Of a stretch of 64,000 nt of DNA, positions 43,682 through 57,746 are shown piece by piece. The translations under genes and the position numbers were made by a program. Position 1 is the stretch's first letter; the number at the start of each line of letters is the position of its first letter. The notes beneath the pieces are model-generated. The model did no database searches. It saw only the letters and a list, made by a program, of their open reading frames with translations, and was not told the origin of the DNA. The DNA comes from Laetmonice hystrix (lineage: Eukaryota), in contig OZ249436.1 of the NCBI GenBank assembly GCA_965235115.1, positions 18,912,001 through 18,976,000 of the forward strand, written 5' to 3'.

Positions 43682-46600
43682 TCATCCCGCTGATGACCCT
43701 GATGACCCCAGTACCTGGCCCTCCACCACAGAGTCCGTGGTTGGTTGTTTTCGGTCTGTGTCACCGTAGTGTTTCTTGCTGATCAGGATCAGGACCATTA
43801 AAGCTGGGATGTGAATAAGGCTGAACCGGAAGAGTTTCCGTGATGACTTGCTGTCACCATCACGATAAAACCTCCAACCCAAGTAGGCAAAATACAAGTT
43901 GAGAGGCAAGGAATCAGCCGCAAAGGTCCATGTTGTAACATCAAGTACTGGCGCTAGAGTACACAGGCCTATCATGGCCACAGTGTGGCGAAACGCAACA
44001 CGTTTACAGAGCTCAGGGTTCATGACCGAGCACATCTGGTATCCGGCCCGCGAGTAGTCCTGTCTTAGATTCCAACTGAGGGAGTTGAAATGTGGGAACT
44101 GCCAAGAATATAATATTGCGCCAAGCAACAACGCTCCTGTTTGGAGAAATAGAGAACAGAAGATGCTAAAAAACACATTTTGACCAGCCCTGCTACATAC
44201 TGACACCACTGTTAATCAAATCAGCATACATACCAATTATTATGTAATATATTACTCTTTTTTTTACAATTTCCGACTTAAGCGAATTTTTTATGGTAGT
44301 GTTTGAGGCTAGACCTCTTCCTGTGTAAAATATCTCTCTTTTAAATAAAGCCATGTCATCAGAAGATTTAGGTTGCCCCACCATTTCTATAGCAGGTGAG
44401 ACTGTTGTGTAAAACTACTCAGGTGTACAATAAGATACCCACTTTAAATAGTAGCTTGTCAAGGAGTGGCTGACCTACTGACCTGGATCTAGGTGTCCTG
44501 CACAGGCAGCCCATCCCATCATGGGCGGGATGGCTCCAACGACAGACCCTATCCAGGTATTGGCGATATGGAGTCGTTTCATTGGTGTGTAGACAAGGGT
44601 ATAGAGGCCAAGGTTAGCGGCTCCGAGAGCTGCTGTTAGGGGGTTCACGCCGAGGGCGAGGATACTCAATCCACAAGCTCCGGATATAGTGGCAAAACCA
44701 ACCGCATGGAGGGGGCTGTAACATAGTCAGTCATGTCAACTGTCAACCATCGCATAAATCCATACAAATTGTTAGTCAATTTTGTCAACCATCAAGTAAA
44801 TCTGGACAATCTTAGTCAATCATGTCAACCATCAAATAAATCCATACAAATTGTTAGTCAATCATGTCAACCATCAAATAAATCCATACAAATTGTTAGT
44901 CAGTCATGTCAACCATCAAATAAATCCATACAAATTGTTAAGTCAATCATGTTAACCATCAAATAAATCCATACAAATTGTTAGTCAATCATGTCACCCA
45001 TCAAATAAATCCATACAAATTGTTAGTCAATCATGTTTAATTGTTAACCATCAAGTAAATCTGGACAATCTTAGTCAATCATGTCAACCATCAAATAAAT
45101 CCATACAAATTGTTAGTCAATCATGTCAACCATCAAATAAATCCATACAAATTGTTAGTCAATCATGTCAACCATCAAATAAATCCATACAAATTGTTAG
45201 TCAGTCATGTCAACCATCAAATAAATCCATACAAATTGTTAAGTCAATCATGTTAACCATCAAATAAATCCATACAAATTGTTAGTCAATCATGTCAACC
45301 ACCAAATAAATCCATACAAATTGTTAGTCAATCATGTTAACCATCAAGTAAATCTGGACAATATTAGTCAATCATGTCAACCAACAAGTAAATCCGGATG
45401 TTAATTTATTTTTTTATGGAAACCTTTAAATTCTGTCAATGTCAAAATATTTTATTTTGCAAACTATATATTTTTTTCCTGCAATACCTGTCTAACTGTA
45501 CAATTTTTCACACTTGTTTTCCATGCGATTCCATAGTACATGTTTCAATACTATGCGGTTGGGGAAGAAAAGAGGAATGTAGTCTGACCAAATTTGATAC
45601 TTTTCTTCAACTCACCTCAATAATCCTCTCACTAAAACACGGTTCTTGGTTCGGTTCATCTGAGAGTCATATGGGACTTCAAAGAACTGGAAGAAAAGAA
45701 ACAATATACTATTTTACAAAATGACCCCCAAACAAGTATCATTTCAAAATTTCACCACACTGACCCTTGCTAATATGTCAGAGGAATTAAAAATTGTTAA
45801 TTCGGGCAAGTGTTCGGGCAAGTGTTAAAAATGTTCACTTGCCCAGACCCAATGTTGACTTGCCATATGGCTGATGGGAATAAAACAGTTTTAAAACAAA
45901 TTTTGACAGGAGGAAAAATGAAATTTTGTTGTACAAAACTGTATGAAAATGGAAATAAGATAACAAAATAAGTTGATATCATCAATTTATATTATTCTAC
46001 TTGCCAGTTTGGGCAACTGTGTTTTTATTTTACTTGGTGGAATAGGTTTTTAAGTTGCCCCGGGCTAGCGGGCTAGTGCTTATGTAATGCCCTGGACATT
46101 TTGAAAAAACTTCACTCCAAGGCTATGTGCACCCCTTACAGCACTGGTTCTAGTTCTTTGAATGTTTCTATCAGAGTCTGGGGTAGTTGACAGTACCTGG
46201 TTTATGGTATTGGCAGATGCTGATGTCAGTGCTGTCCCCAGGGTGCAGAGACCAAATGTGGTGGGACTGAAAGCCCCTGGAGCTATGGCGTATCCTGCCA
46301 TAGAAGTCAGCACAACCAAACCTAGATAATCAAAGATATTTCATGATCATATTCAGCCACAGTCTGAGTTATTCAGAGAAAAAACCGAAGTAAGAATAGA
46401 AGGTACAAGTATCTCAAACAGATAAAACTGTTTGCCAATTATAATGGAGATGGGTTGCAATTTTTTAATCAAATTAAACTCCCCATTCTGAGAGCGATTC
46501 CCCCATGCGGTGATGCGACATGACTCATGAAATGCTTTTCTCACAGTTATAGTGGCGATCGGCATTTTTAGAGGTTGTTTTACTAGGCATTTTTTAGATT

Positions 46601-47568
46601 TGATCGGTATGGTACTTACGTAAACACACAAATTATCAGACTGTTGTTGCCTACCTGTGAGCCGTATTTTTGACAACATGAGGTAATAAAACAGAAGTTT
46701 TTTCTGATCCAGAATTATGGGTTTCCATATCAGTTCATCAATTGACTGGATACTTGGATCCTCTGATGTCTTTTCATCATCCACAACCATCTGTTTCTGT
46801 TTGATTTCTGTTCGGTACTTCTCATTAAATTGTACATTAACTAGATGGTCACTCTTCCTAAAGAATAAAGTGACAGCAGGTTCTTGTGATAGCAGTCGTA
46901 CATTGAAGGTCCGAGCTGATGGTCTGTGGTACACCGTGACCTGATCCTCGGACTGTAGAGAAGACTCTGCCTCCATCGACTCTGTACCACTGTGTTCACA
47001 ATTAACAATATTCTCTATCAATGCTGTATCACTGCGTTCACTGTTGACACAATTGTTTACTGACTGAGTATGATTGTGTTCCTGGTCCCGACTGTGGACC
47101 ACTGACCCTTGTGGATCTTTCACTATCCTTCTGATACTAGAATCAGAGTCTGTTGTTTCCTTATGTCTGGTTGATCCCTGCAATACACAGGGAAGGTAGT
47201 GGTGAGAAAAAATACAAAATCTTCTATAAGTTAAGTTCTTTAAAGTTTCTTTCGGGTAATTATAACCATTGGCAGTTGAAAGAGCTGAACTACAGTCCAA
47301 CAGCTCAACTTGGTCAGAAATACTCGAGATTGACAGGATGGGGTCATCCCACTTTACCCTCATGAAAACAAGAAAAAACGATTGGATCCAATAACCAACA
47401 AATATACTGAACCAAACTTACACTTGCTAGCCTTGTCTGCTGGAGTGGACTTCTCCTCAGAGCAAACAACTGGGAGTGGGCACAGCTCAAGATGTGGCGC
47501 ATCGTCACGTGACTGACGGGATGCAGCTGCACCAGAGACCTCCATGTAAGGTGGAAGCAGCGCTCCAT
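43682..47568 (-). CDS. COX10: protoheme IX farnesyltransferase (heme O synthase), mitochondrial, ~517 aa
   Basis: Exons 47568-47422, 47177-46655, 46321-46197, 45686-45616, 44715-44483, 44136-43682. Motifs [95 protein letters not shown]. Confidence 0.97.
44725..45395. repeat. 42-bp intronic minisatellite, ~16 copies
   Basis: Unit TTAGTCAATCATGTCAACCATCAAATAAATCCATACAAATTG. A variant unit (CAAGTAAATCTGGACAAT) recurs at ~44793, ~45052 and ~45345. Confidence 0.92.
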
Positions 47569-47833
47569 GGTGATCTTCAACCAGGGAGGTTTCGCCTGGA
47601 ATTTTATTAATGGATTGTTGAATAATTATTACAAAGTGGTAAGGTTGGATACTATCTTGAAAACCCTGAGACCAAATATATTGGTAGCTAGTTTTCTTTT
47701 CATGGTAAATCTATGATTATTAATAATTAAAAAGATAATAATAAAAAATTATTTTAAAGCAGTGTATACATATTTAGCTCGCAATGTCTTCCCCCGTGCT
47801 TATGCTATTTGACCATACTCGTCCACAGTAGTA

Positions 47834-47991
47834 CAGGCCTCGAATTAGAAGTCGAAAGGGGCACGGCAAAAACTGCTGTCGATACATAAGAATCAACGTC
47901 AGATTTTTCCAGGGCACGGCGGCAAATTTACGATACATGGAAAAGGCACGATGGCAAATGCCGTCGATGCCATCGTGTAATTCGAGGCCTG
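47834..47991. mobile_element. MITE, 6-bp TSD GTAGTA
   Basis: Perfect TIR CAGGCCTCGAATTA/TAATTCGAGGCCTG with GTAGTA on both sides. Confidence 0.85.
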
Positions 47992-49093
47992 GTAGTACTA
48001 TCCTGGCCTTCTCATTCCTCATTGGTGGTCTTTGCCCCACCAAACTACCGGTAGGTGGAAGTTGATTGAGCATTACTGCACATAAGCACGGTTGTTTTTT
48101 GCTGGCGAATTTACATTATCAACTGGGCCATATTTTTTGCATATCATTGTTGATTATAATAATGTTGTGACATGTCTGTGAGACTGAGATTACAAATACA
48201 TGCGACTCTGCAGTCAACCTTCCGGACATTTCAGACCGCGGAGAACACAGACCATGACGCCGGAGTTGGAACAAGTTCTGAACTGAAGTTGGTGCTGGCC
48301 GAGTACAGCAGAATGATGCAGACCCCCCAAGTGACCCGCATCAGGCTGGTCGGACCTGCAAACTGGCACCAAAACCTGCTGACCAGCAAGGACAGCCATA
48401 CTATAGGACCCACCTGAATCATAAATTTGAAATGCTGTCAACTTTGTGTCATTTGTTAAGGATAGTCTGCAGCTTGATCAGAACACACGTAAATTAGTAA
48501 AATTAGCTAAAAATACCATGAGCAGAGGCGAATTTAGGGGGCCCACTCGGTGCGCACCCCCCTTATTTTTGCAGACAGGGGTGGACGATTTTTCAGATTA
48601 ATCACTTGCCAGTGCACAGGACAAGTGGACTACAAAATTCCACTTGCCTGGCTCTGATATCCACATGCCCTCTATTCTATACTTGTTATTAGTCTATTGG
48701 GTCATAGCACTAGCCATCGAGCTATTGTCTTTGGTCTGCTGGACTTGCCCGACCATGCAATCAACTTGCCCCGGGCGTCGGGCATTAGGAATCGGCCATC
48801 ACTGGCAGACTGACTTTTTTTTTTATCTAATTAGACTAATTGTTAATGAATAAAATGCCCCCCCCCACCCCCACCCCACTCGAGTCGAGGCTTCACGCCT
48901 TTGGCGCTCGCATGACAGCATTTCAAATTTTGGAACTTGGGACCTATACTACTACTACTAGTACTAGGCTATGCGATGTACATAGTTACTTACAATGTTA
49001 GAAAAGACGGGGGGCCCTAATCGGAATGACGAATGACATCGAATAACGAAAAGACAGAAAAGACCGGCCCCGGGTCTAACGTTATGACTATGA

Positions 49094-49497
49094 GGGTAAC
49101 ACGACGTGTCCGCCCGTCGCCATGTCCGCCCGGTCATGTACGCCCCCCGGGATGTAGGCCCCTACCCCCGGTCATGTCCCCCTTCATGACCGGCATTCGC
49201 CGCTCCGCTCAAGTCAAGAGGCGCCCGGCAAGGGACATGTTACCTACGACGAGGTGGCTCTCATTTGTTGGGCACTTAGCGATTACAACAGTTGATCTCG
49301 AGTTGTTGATACACTCTAACTCAGTAGACTGTCCTAGTCACGTTGACGGCTTTCCCCGGGACCACGGGCGGCAGGGACAGGGTGGCCCGGCAGAGTCGAG
49401 TGTCTATCACAGAGGCACGGCGGGCGGGCGGGCATAGTACCGAGGGGCGGACATGACCGGGCGGACATGGCGACGGGCGGACATGTCGTGTATTCAC
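49094..49497. mobile_element. MITE with ~55-bp repetitive TIRs inserted in a (TATGAC)n tract
   Basis: ACACGACGTGTCCGCCCGTCGCCATGTCCGCCCGGTCATGT / ACATGACCGGGCGGACATGGCGACGGGCGGACATGTCGTGT. Confidence 0.8.
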
Positions 49498-49530
49498 TAT
49501 GACTATGATAGTATGACTATGACTGTAGTA

Positions 49531-49819
49531 CAGTCTGTTCGCTCTAAGAAGAGCATGACCCCGGCCTCATTATAAGCTGTGACCTGCCCCCTCCTCCCGG
49601 CTACCCACAGCTGGCGTATCACAAGTCGCCACTGCTTGTCACTCAAGAATGGCACCAAACTCCATGTGGTTCTGTATTACCCCAAATGGAGTGCTCACCC
49701 CAGCTTTACATCCTCCCGCGGGCAGCCGTTACGGCCCGCGGCCTGTTATTGGACACGCTGGAGGAGTGGGGCGGGAGGGTCATGAATATCCCCGTGCTCT
49801 TCTTAGAGCGAACAGACTG
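49531..49819. mobile_element. Tc1/mariner-like MITE, TA TSD; second deleted copy at ~59023-59165 in opposite orientation
   Basis: Perfect TIR CAGTCTGTTCGCTCTAAGAAGAGC, flanked by TA. Confidence 0.85.
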
Positions 49820-50659
49820 TATGACATGAGTAGTTATGATTTTCAATTACGATCGATAATCGACTAGCAACCACGTACTGACTCATCCGTCCGACTACAT
49901 GTGGCACGCCATCACGTGGTCGGGTGCCATCTCGTGCACCCAAGCGCTTGTTGTCGATATTCTTGGAGAGAACATCGCGACTAAACATTAAGTCTTGACC
50001 ATGTTGACCACGACGGGCACCAGCATGCTCCCATCATGGACGGTCAAGGTCAAAATTTAGGTCTCGCTAGAGTAGATAAAATCTGCACTTGGCCTTGGGT
50101 AACGCTAAGAGAGCTCACAACTGGGGAACTCAAAACTTCAAGAACAACCTTACGCAATCATTATTAAAATATTAAAGTTCAGTCTGACCCACCTTCAAGC
50201 GGAGGTGTTTATCGATTTTGGTTCTTTGACTTTGGCAGACTGCACTCTTTGTGAGGAAATCGCTGTTCACCTTGGCGAGACCTATATTTCGTATCCTTCC
50301 CACGAGGCAGAGACGTTCGCCGATCAAATGTACAGCTAGGTAGGCCTACGTGAGATTCCTGGCCGGAAGCTTATTCAAGGGCCGGGGCAAATGCGTTAAC
50401 TTTATCTTCCCAACATTCTTTGTTATAACTCCTACCTACTACTACTAGACTACTACTGGAAACAGAGTTCATGGCTTTACTATGTTATAAACCAGAAGGT
50501 GTCGCTGCTCAGCATCCGTGGATTGCCCTGTGCTGCCGCCTTGTGCTTGTTGTGGGCAGAGAGGTCGATCGCCAACTACTGGCTATGAATTTTATTTCAG
50601 ACACACCACTTCAAGGGCTGTATCTATACTAGAGAGTCCGTACAAACCTTTGCAGCAAT

Positions 50660-52264
50660 ATGGTTCGGACAGTTAACCCTGACAAACTACTGAAACTGCA
50701 CAGTCACAGGGACACGTTTCTGCGCATCAACTTTATGGCTCAGGTAAGTACTAAAGCTAAAAGGTCTACGTTAATTAGGCCGTATTAATTTACATCTTCT
50801 CAATAAATAAAATCACTGAGGTCCTGGTAGTTAAAGGGGCTCATGCCGATGTCCCAACTTGCCGAATTCAGACATGAATTTACCTTGCATGTGTCCCAGC
50901 CCACTGTGATCAATAGGCCTAAGCTAAGGCTAAGTACTTACATTGTACTGGACCGTATTTGTAAGCAAGGAGGTGTAAAAATCTTCTAAATCTTCTTGAT
51001 ATTGGCGGGTACCTAGGCCTATACTAGGCCTACGTCTCTCCGGTAGTGCCAATAATTTTTAATGTGTCTTGACTATCTAGAAACACTCAATTCTCCTGGG
51101 AAAAGCCACTTTTGTTGGTTTATGCAAAAGGAGCCCCTTTAAAGTTTAAGTCTAGCCTTATGTTTTGATCAGATAATGTTGTATGTAATTAATTATTCAT
51201 TACTTTACTTCAGGCTGCCCATTTGGCTCTGGGGCAGAATGCTGGTAACGTGGAACTTGTCAGATACTATACAAGCACAGTAAACTCTATGGCAAAGAAA
51301 CAAGTCCTTCGACTGTGAGTGTTTCCTTCAAAGGATTAGAAGTTGTTTGTATAGTAGTGACATATTAAATGAAATAAATAATAGTTTGGAAAATCATTTA
51401 AGATTTATAATAATATATCAAGACAAAGAAACGGTCATCTTCATACATATTATTTCTCAGTGGTAACTTTCTTTCCAATTAGTCATCCTAACTTGAAGAG
51501 GACGATATGTAAGAAGTGTTCAATGTTACTGGTGCCAGGATGTACAGCTATGGTGAGAAAACGAGGTGAGAGAACCCGTATGTCTTTACCAGGTCACTGA
51601 ATACCGTTATTACCCTAGGGTAAAATTACCAAGAAATTGGGAGTTTGGATATAGAGGTAGGGGTAGGGGCAGGCTAGGGATGCCGATGGGGAAAACCTTT
51701 TGGGGTGAGGTGTGGGGACTGCATGGGACTAAAAAGTGTAGGGGGGGGGGGAGTTCCCAGCAATATAACATTTTCATTCATTCATTCATTCATTCATTCA
51801 TTCATTCATTCATTCATTCATTCATTCATTCATTCATTCATTCATCCATCCACACAATCACCCATCCATCTCTAGATAATCAGTGAGAAACTGAACTTTC
51901 AGCCAAGAAGCAGCCTCACATGGTGGTCACGTGCCTTCAGTGTCGGACAGTAAAAAGATTTGTGACGGACGCTGACTATAAACTATGGCTCGACCAGCCA
52001 CATGCCTGGGCCGTCAACCCTGCTGGGGACCGTTTGACTGATCAACAACAGCCAACAACAGCAACCACTCCACAACAACAGCTAGCAGCAACATCAGCAA
52101 ATGAGCCCCAGACCCAAGCAGTCAACCTTAGTGATGGGAACGGTGCAAGCTTATCTGATCAACATCAACCAACCACAAGTGATGAGGCCCGAGCCTCGAC
52201 AGGCAGCGCTCGTGGGGACGGCTCGGATCTAAGAAATACAGACGATTGTGACGTCATCTCATAA
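50660..52264 (+). CDS. RPP21: ribonuclease P protein subunit p21, ~209 aa
   Basis: Exons 50660-50743, 51214-51314, 51483-51565, 51903-52264. RDTFLRINFMAQAAH..RYY..AKKQVLRLHPNLKRTICKKCSMLLVPG..VVTCLQCRTVKRF..YKLWLDQP matches the Rpr2/RPP21 zinc ribbon. Confidence 0.93.
51774..51845. repeat. (CATT)n microsatellite
   Basis: Direct reading. Confidence 0.95.
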
Positions 52265-54017
52265 TTAACAGAGAAACCCAATATGAATCCTGTCTTTTAT
52301 TAAACATTTGAATATAACATACAGCTTTTATTTTATAGTTGAAAGACCTTTTATGAAAAAAATGTATGTACATGTATAATACAGTATGGTCTGCGCGATA
52401 TGGGAATCTGACCGATTCTAGAATCGTCCTGGCCATTATTGGAATATATTTAGGGTGAGTGTTATAGGATTACTGACGGCATTTCAAGAGAAATCCAAAA
52501 GTGGCAGTCAGTATGGGTATTTCCCATTGACGTAGACGTCTATGGTATTTCCATAATGACCGGGGCGATTCTAGAATCGGCCCAGATATCGCGCGGAACA
52601 TAATGTATAGCTTCCGGGCAGGGCGGGGGGGGGGGGGGGGGGGGGGCGGGGCGGGCTCCACTTCAGAGGCATAACATATTAAGACCTATATAATTATGTC
52701 GATCGATGTGGGTATGGGTCTAGCCTGTACCCCTTTGGGGGTGGGTGCGTGGGGTTCAATACTTTTCCTGGCAAAGAGTTTACCAAGTGGCCTATTAGGA
52801 ATACGTGTCCGATTCCGCGGTCCTAATCACTACACAGCCTGATCCTGACTGAATTTAAGATGTTGACAAGGAGTCGCACATGATCTCCGTCCCAACTCAG
52901 AGGTGTAGGCTAGGGCCTACGCGTTTACTGTGTGAAAGTGAAACTTGCAGCGTTCCGCCCATTGTCAGGGAACACGGAGTAGGCCTATACGGTAGGCCTA
53001 CTACCGTGCTCGACACGGTGACGCCGACGCCGTGCTACAGACAGTCCGCTGTGTGGTGATAAACGGCAGCGTCCGCACGCCTCGCGCCAGAACGTTCACT
53101 CCGCGCACGCGTCGTCTGCCCGCTGCGGACGCCATTTCCGTTGTGGCGACACAGTCTCCGCCATACGGACGATCCTCAAGTTTTGGGTTCATGCCAATTA
53201 AGAGAATATTGCAACCTTTGGATTCCAAACCCACCGTTGATCAGAACAACAGGTATGTATTTCTACAGTGGATGTGGTAGATATGCACAGAAACAGAGAA
53301 AGGCATATAGCTACGGCGGCAATAGGACGGTGGTGGGTGCATTATGTGGCACACGGATGTGCCGAGTCGTGCGGATGAAGCTATGGTTGGCCAAAAGGAT
53401 CAAAACAAACAGTCCACGGGAATATTAAAATACACAACTGAGATGGGTTCTTTCAACGCATTCGAAATTATTCTCCCGCGCCCAATTAGAGCCGATTTTC
53501 GTGAATTCGTTTTAGAGAAGTCCGTGGCGAAATTATAGGCTTCGCCAGTTTTAATCCATTTGGCCAACCTTACGTGCATGGCACGCTTCACAGCGATTTC
53601 CCTGTTATGTAACAGCGCGGTGGCCTGATGATGACGCACAGTTCAGGCCGGTAGCCAGGGGGGATCGGCCAGATCCACCCCGCCAGACCTAAAAGTCCCA
53701 CCCTGTTCTGTTCTGTGGCCCCGAGTTCCACCCGACCGCCCCCCCCCCCCCCCCCCCCCCCACACACAAACAAAACTGGCTACGGGCCTGCTGTTCTGTT
53801 CATTGGCATGGAGACGGACTTCAAAAGGGCCGAGTCGGGAGACCATGAATCGTACAGGGTCGGATTCAGAATTTTGGAGAGGTTGGGGTGTCAGTGGTGA
53901 ACGAACAGCGTGATCACCGCAGGTGCGCTGCATGCTCTTTCTCTTCTTTTCTTAGGCCTATCTAATTCTTTTTAATGAAAGGGGGGCTGAATCCGCCCCT
54001 GTTGTAGGGCTATAGTA

Positions 54018-54247
54018 TACTGCCTCGAAATGACAAAAGGAAGCAAATCCAAAAGTTCAAGTTTCGAGAAATGGACATAAACAAGTTGTCTCTACAGTGC
54101 AGTTGGATGGACATGCTTGCGACTGATAGCTTCATAGCAGAAATACACCTATTGATAGATAGGGCTTACTTCCCTGAATCCAAATTTACACTTAAGTCGA
54201 TTTTGATGAAAGTTGGACTTGCTTCCTTTTGTCATTTCACGGCAGTA
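54018..54247. mobile_element. MITE flanked by TA
   Basis: TIR TACTGCCTCGAAATGACAAAAGGAAGCAAATCCAA / TTGGACTTGCTTCCTTTTGTCATTTCACGGCAGTA. Confidence 0.8.
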
Positions 54248-55895
54248 TAGGCCTACTCAAAAAGACTCTCACAGACCTTGTAGGCTTGTACTCGTTCATA
54301 GACGCAGACTTTCCAAGTCACACGCATTTCAGGCTCCTCACACGCGGACAGATGCTTATCAGACGCATTCCTGTTTTTGGCTCTAAGATATGTACTATAT
54401 TCATCTGTTCCCTTGACAACTGGTGCTTGAAAATTGAACTATAGCTGAACTGGTTTAAAAGATATAATGTACTCAACTATGAATTTTAGGAAAAAGCTTT
54501 GAAGTTGCTTTGAAGACTATGAATTATAAAATTAGGAATAACTATTACCAGGGACTTTTAGAACTTTTTTAATTTCTCTGGAATGTAGGGGCTCTTGGCC
54601 CTTTGTTCCATCATTATGTAGGCCTACCTTTTTGAACCAAAGACTCGGATAGCCCACAGATAGCACAAAAATACACCAAAGAAAGTCCCAGATCAAGCAC
54701 GTGCATGCCTGATGACGCTGTCAGCCAGAACCCCCCCCCCCCCCCCCCAGGTTGGAAAGTCTGTAGACATGCCGTATAGGCCTAGCCTATATGCCAAGGC
54801 CGAAATACTGGTCGGTCAGGGGGAGGGGCTGTAGCAAGGTTTGTATTAGGCCTACGTATAGCATCTGTGTATATTACAACTTGTCCAAGCTCGAACTTTT
54901 AGGAGGGGTGCTCAAAACTCAGGTGGCTCTCAGTCTGGAGGTTTGTCGGCGATATGCGAAATTGTATCTGACAGCGACACACCCTCCGCCAGCCAGACTA
55001 TGTAACAAGCCTCGCTCAGCTCGGGGTATCCTTGGACGGATACGTGTTGTCTAACCTTCTGCATGTTACCTAGACATGTAGGGGCCTACTGGTAGTCCAA
55101 GTTTAAAAAAATAACAAAAAGAAAATCAATAAAACGATATAAATAAAGCAAAATTGAAATTTACCGTCGACATAGACTGAGCAATTTGGCCTTTTGCAAT
55201 AAATGTCTCCAGTTTTACGTAAACTGTGGAAAGTAGAGTTCTTTATCAAGATTCATGGCCTAAATCCAGTTTGTCCTCCAAAATGGGCCTTGGGGCAGAA
55301 TTATGTAGTCAAACCCCGTTCATACCGATCAGTTGTATCTAAATGTACACAAATTAACCCTGTTATACCGCCCCCGGTATCCGCCATCGCCAACACATTG
55401 TCTGATACATCTACCGCCAGCGGCAACTGATTACGTATGGTTTAATGATACATGTACATGAATTATTAGAAATGTTCTAATAATTATGATCATTCAGATT
55501 GAGAAACGGGCATATCAGGATATTGGGTACAAAATCATATAACAATTTTCGTCCCCAAGGAAAACCTTCGTGGAGATACACTATAAGGGGGTCTGCCTGT
55601 ATTGGCGTCAAGTCTAGGAAACCCCGTTATAACGCCAAACTCGTTATAACGCCAAGATTGGAGGTTGGTGTTATAACGGGATTTGACTGTATAGTAGGCC
55701 TAAGGGACCCAACTGTCGTCATACTGTTTTTTTTCTCACCCGGCCCTCCAGAGCCTCCCCCGGCATTTGAAATTAAAAAAACTCACCTTTTATCACTACT
55801 CTGAACGGTACGTACATACATACATACTTGGAAAAATTCAATAAGTACATGTACTTTGTTCCTTCTGCACTTTCCTTATTACAGGTTAAACAAAA

Positions 55896-57101
55896 ATGCC
55901 CAAAATGTCGAAAGAGTTTGACTACAAGAAGTTGATTGAACTGGTGAAGGAGAGAGAATTCCTCTACAACCCCCTCCATGAAGACCACAGAGATCTGAGT
56001 GCAGCCACTGTGGCCTGGAAGTCCATTGGAGAGGCTTTGGGGGTGTCTGGTAAGTTCATTACACCCTCCCCCCCGTAACTGTGACCAGAATCTTTATTAG
56101 GCCTAATGTATGTCCGTCAGAGATATGGACAACACTAGTTTAGACTATGAGGAGCCATTTAAGTTCTCTGCATCACAGGCTACATGCAACCCCTCCGCCC
56201 GCCCCCCCCCCCCCAGCTCGAAAGTGATAGAAAATATGGATTGTACAATAATAAAAAACTATTAAAAATATCGCAAATCTTCATTGTTTAGATTTTGCTG
56301 CAGCAGATCTGACTTATATATATTTGATAAGGTCGATATTAATATGGAAGTGTTTTCTCTTGATCAAGCCGACGAGGCGAAAAAGAAATGGTGGTCAAAA
56401 AAAGACAACTACAGACGACACAAGATAGCAACGCTCCGCCATGACCAGGCAACCAGCTGGAGATGGTGGAAACAACTACGCTTTCTCGATCATTACTTTG
56501 AGGAGAAAGACAACCGCAGTCCTCGGTATGCACACCTAAACTAATATTTGCAGCCCCTGGCGTTTTGTCACCCCCTCATTTACTTTGATGTAGTGCAATC
56601 CCATTAGCTTGTCGGGAGAAAGCGAGGGTTGGGATTAGTGATGTACCGTACATATATTGCTTGCACAGGATGAACCTATAAAACAGACGGGATTGATAGA
56701 ATGAATAATTCTGTGTATCTCTCTGTAGTGGTCGACCAGTAAAGCACATTGACTGCAGACCACCTGACCTCATGGATATCCCGGTGGCTCTCACTGATGG
56801 AAATCTCCCATTCTCAGTGAAGCCTGATCCCACGTTACTTGACGCCTCGGATTCTGGATCTGGTATGGCGGATACATGGCCACAGAGTGAGGACAGCCTG
56901 CCAGTTGAGCACACTGTGGACACTGAGCCGACAACAGTGAGAGCCTACAACCAAAGCCACACGTCAGCCATGGAGGATGCCGACGATCTCTTCATGAGGT
57001 CTTGTTTGATGCATCTGAAACGTTTACCCGAGCGGTCGAGAATGGAAACCAAAATGGAAATTCTAAACCTGTTGTACAGAAAACAGTACGGTGACGAGTG
57101 A
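55896..57101 (+). CDS. MADF- and BESS-domain protein (Adf-1-like), ~227 aa
   Basis: Exons 55896-56049, 56369-56525, 56729-57101. LIELVKEREFLYN..H.D.....AWKSIGEAL...EAKKKW..KDNYRR...WRWWKQLRFL (MADF). DADDLFMRSCLMHLKRLPERSRMETKMEILNLLY (BESS). Confidence 0.9.
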
Positions 57102-57746
57102 GCAACCTCTGAATTTTGCTCCTCCATTACAATTCTGTTGCTGGGCCTTGTTTTCCCATGAAAAACAGTAGGCTGAACTGTAGGTTACCCAATTATTGCC
57201 TGCAGATTCACTTTTAATGTTAAATGAAGCCTTGTGGTCAAGGCACACCTCAATTGATTATGCTGGACTGCCCAGTTTGAGAAAACAAATAACGAAATAA
57301 ACAATTTGTCAACCATCTGTGTTTGTCCTATTTCATGTTACAAGGGTTGGAAGATATTGTCTGAGAGGGTTTCCTAGCCATGGTCTGCAAAACGTTCATT
57401 CTTTACATCTCTGGTTATAAAGATTACAAAACATGCAGTGCAGGTCCACAGAATGTGAAATCCCTATCTGTAAATAGGTTGGCAAAAACTTCTCAGCACA
57501 TAGCATAACAAATCGTCACACGGTATGGTGACAGAGATCAGAAAGTAACGGTAATGTTCCTTGATGAATTAACCAATCAGGGACCTAATCCTTCATCCGA
57601 CCTGATGTCATTTTTGTAAAGGTCAATAGCGTTGATCATGTTTATTATATCCGTGGCGACAATCACTGAATCAGATCTATAATGACCACACAAATGCTGT
57701 CCAAGCACATTACACAATGTTTTAGATTTCTCTCCGGAAGCTCATG

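Noticed and set aside
46353..47363. 336-aa ORF as an independent gene
   Set aside because: It is COX10 coding exon 2 extended into flanking introns.
57480..57620. Possible DDE transposase C-terminal remnant (GRMKD..QGTLPL) pairing with the THAP fossil
   Set aside because: Very short, interrupted by stops, and lies in the likely ANAPC16 3' UTR. Chance similarity cannot be excluded.
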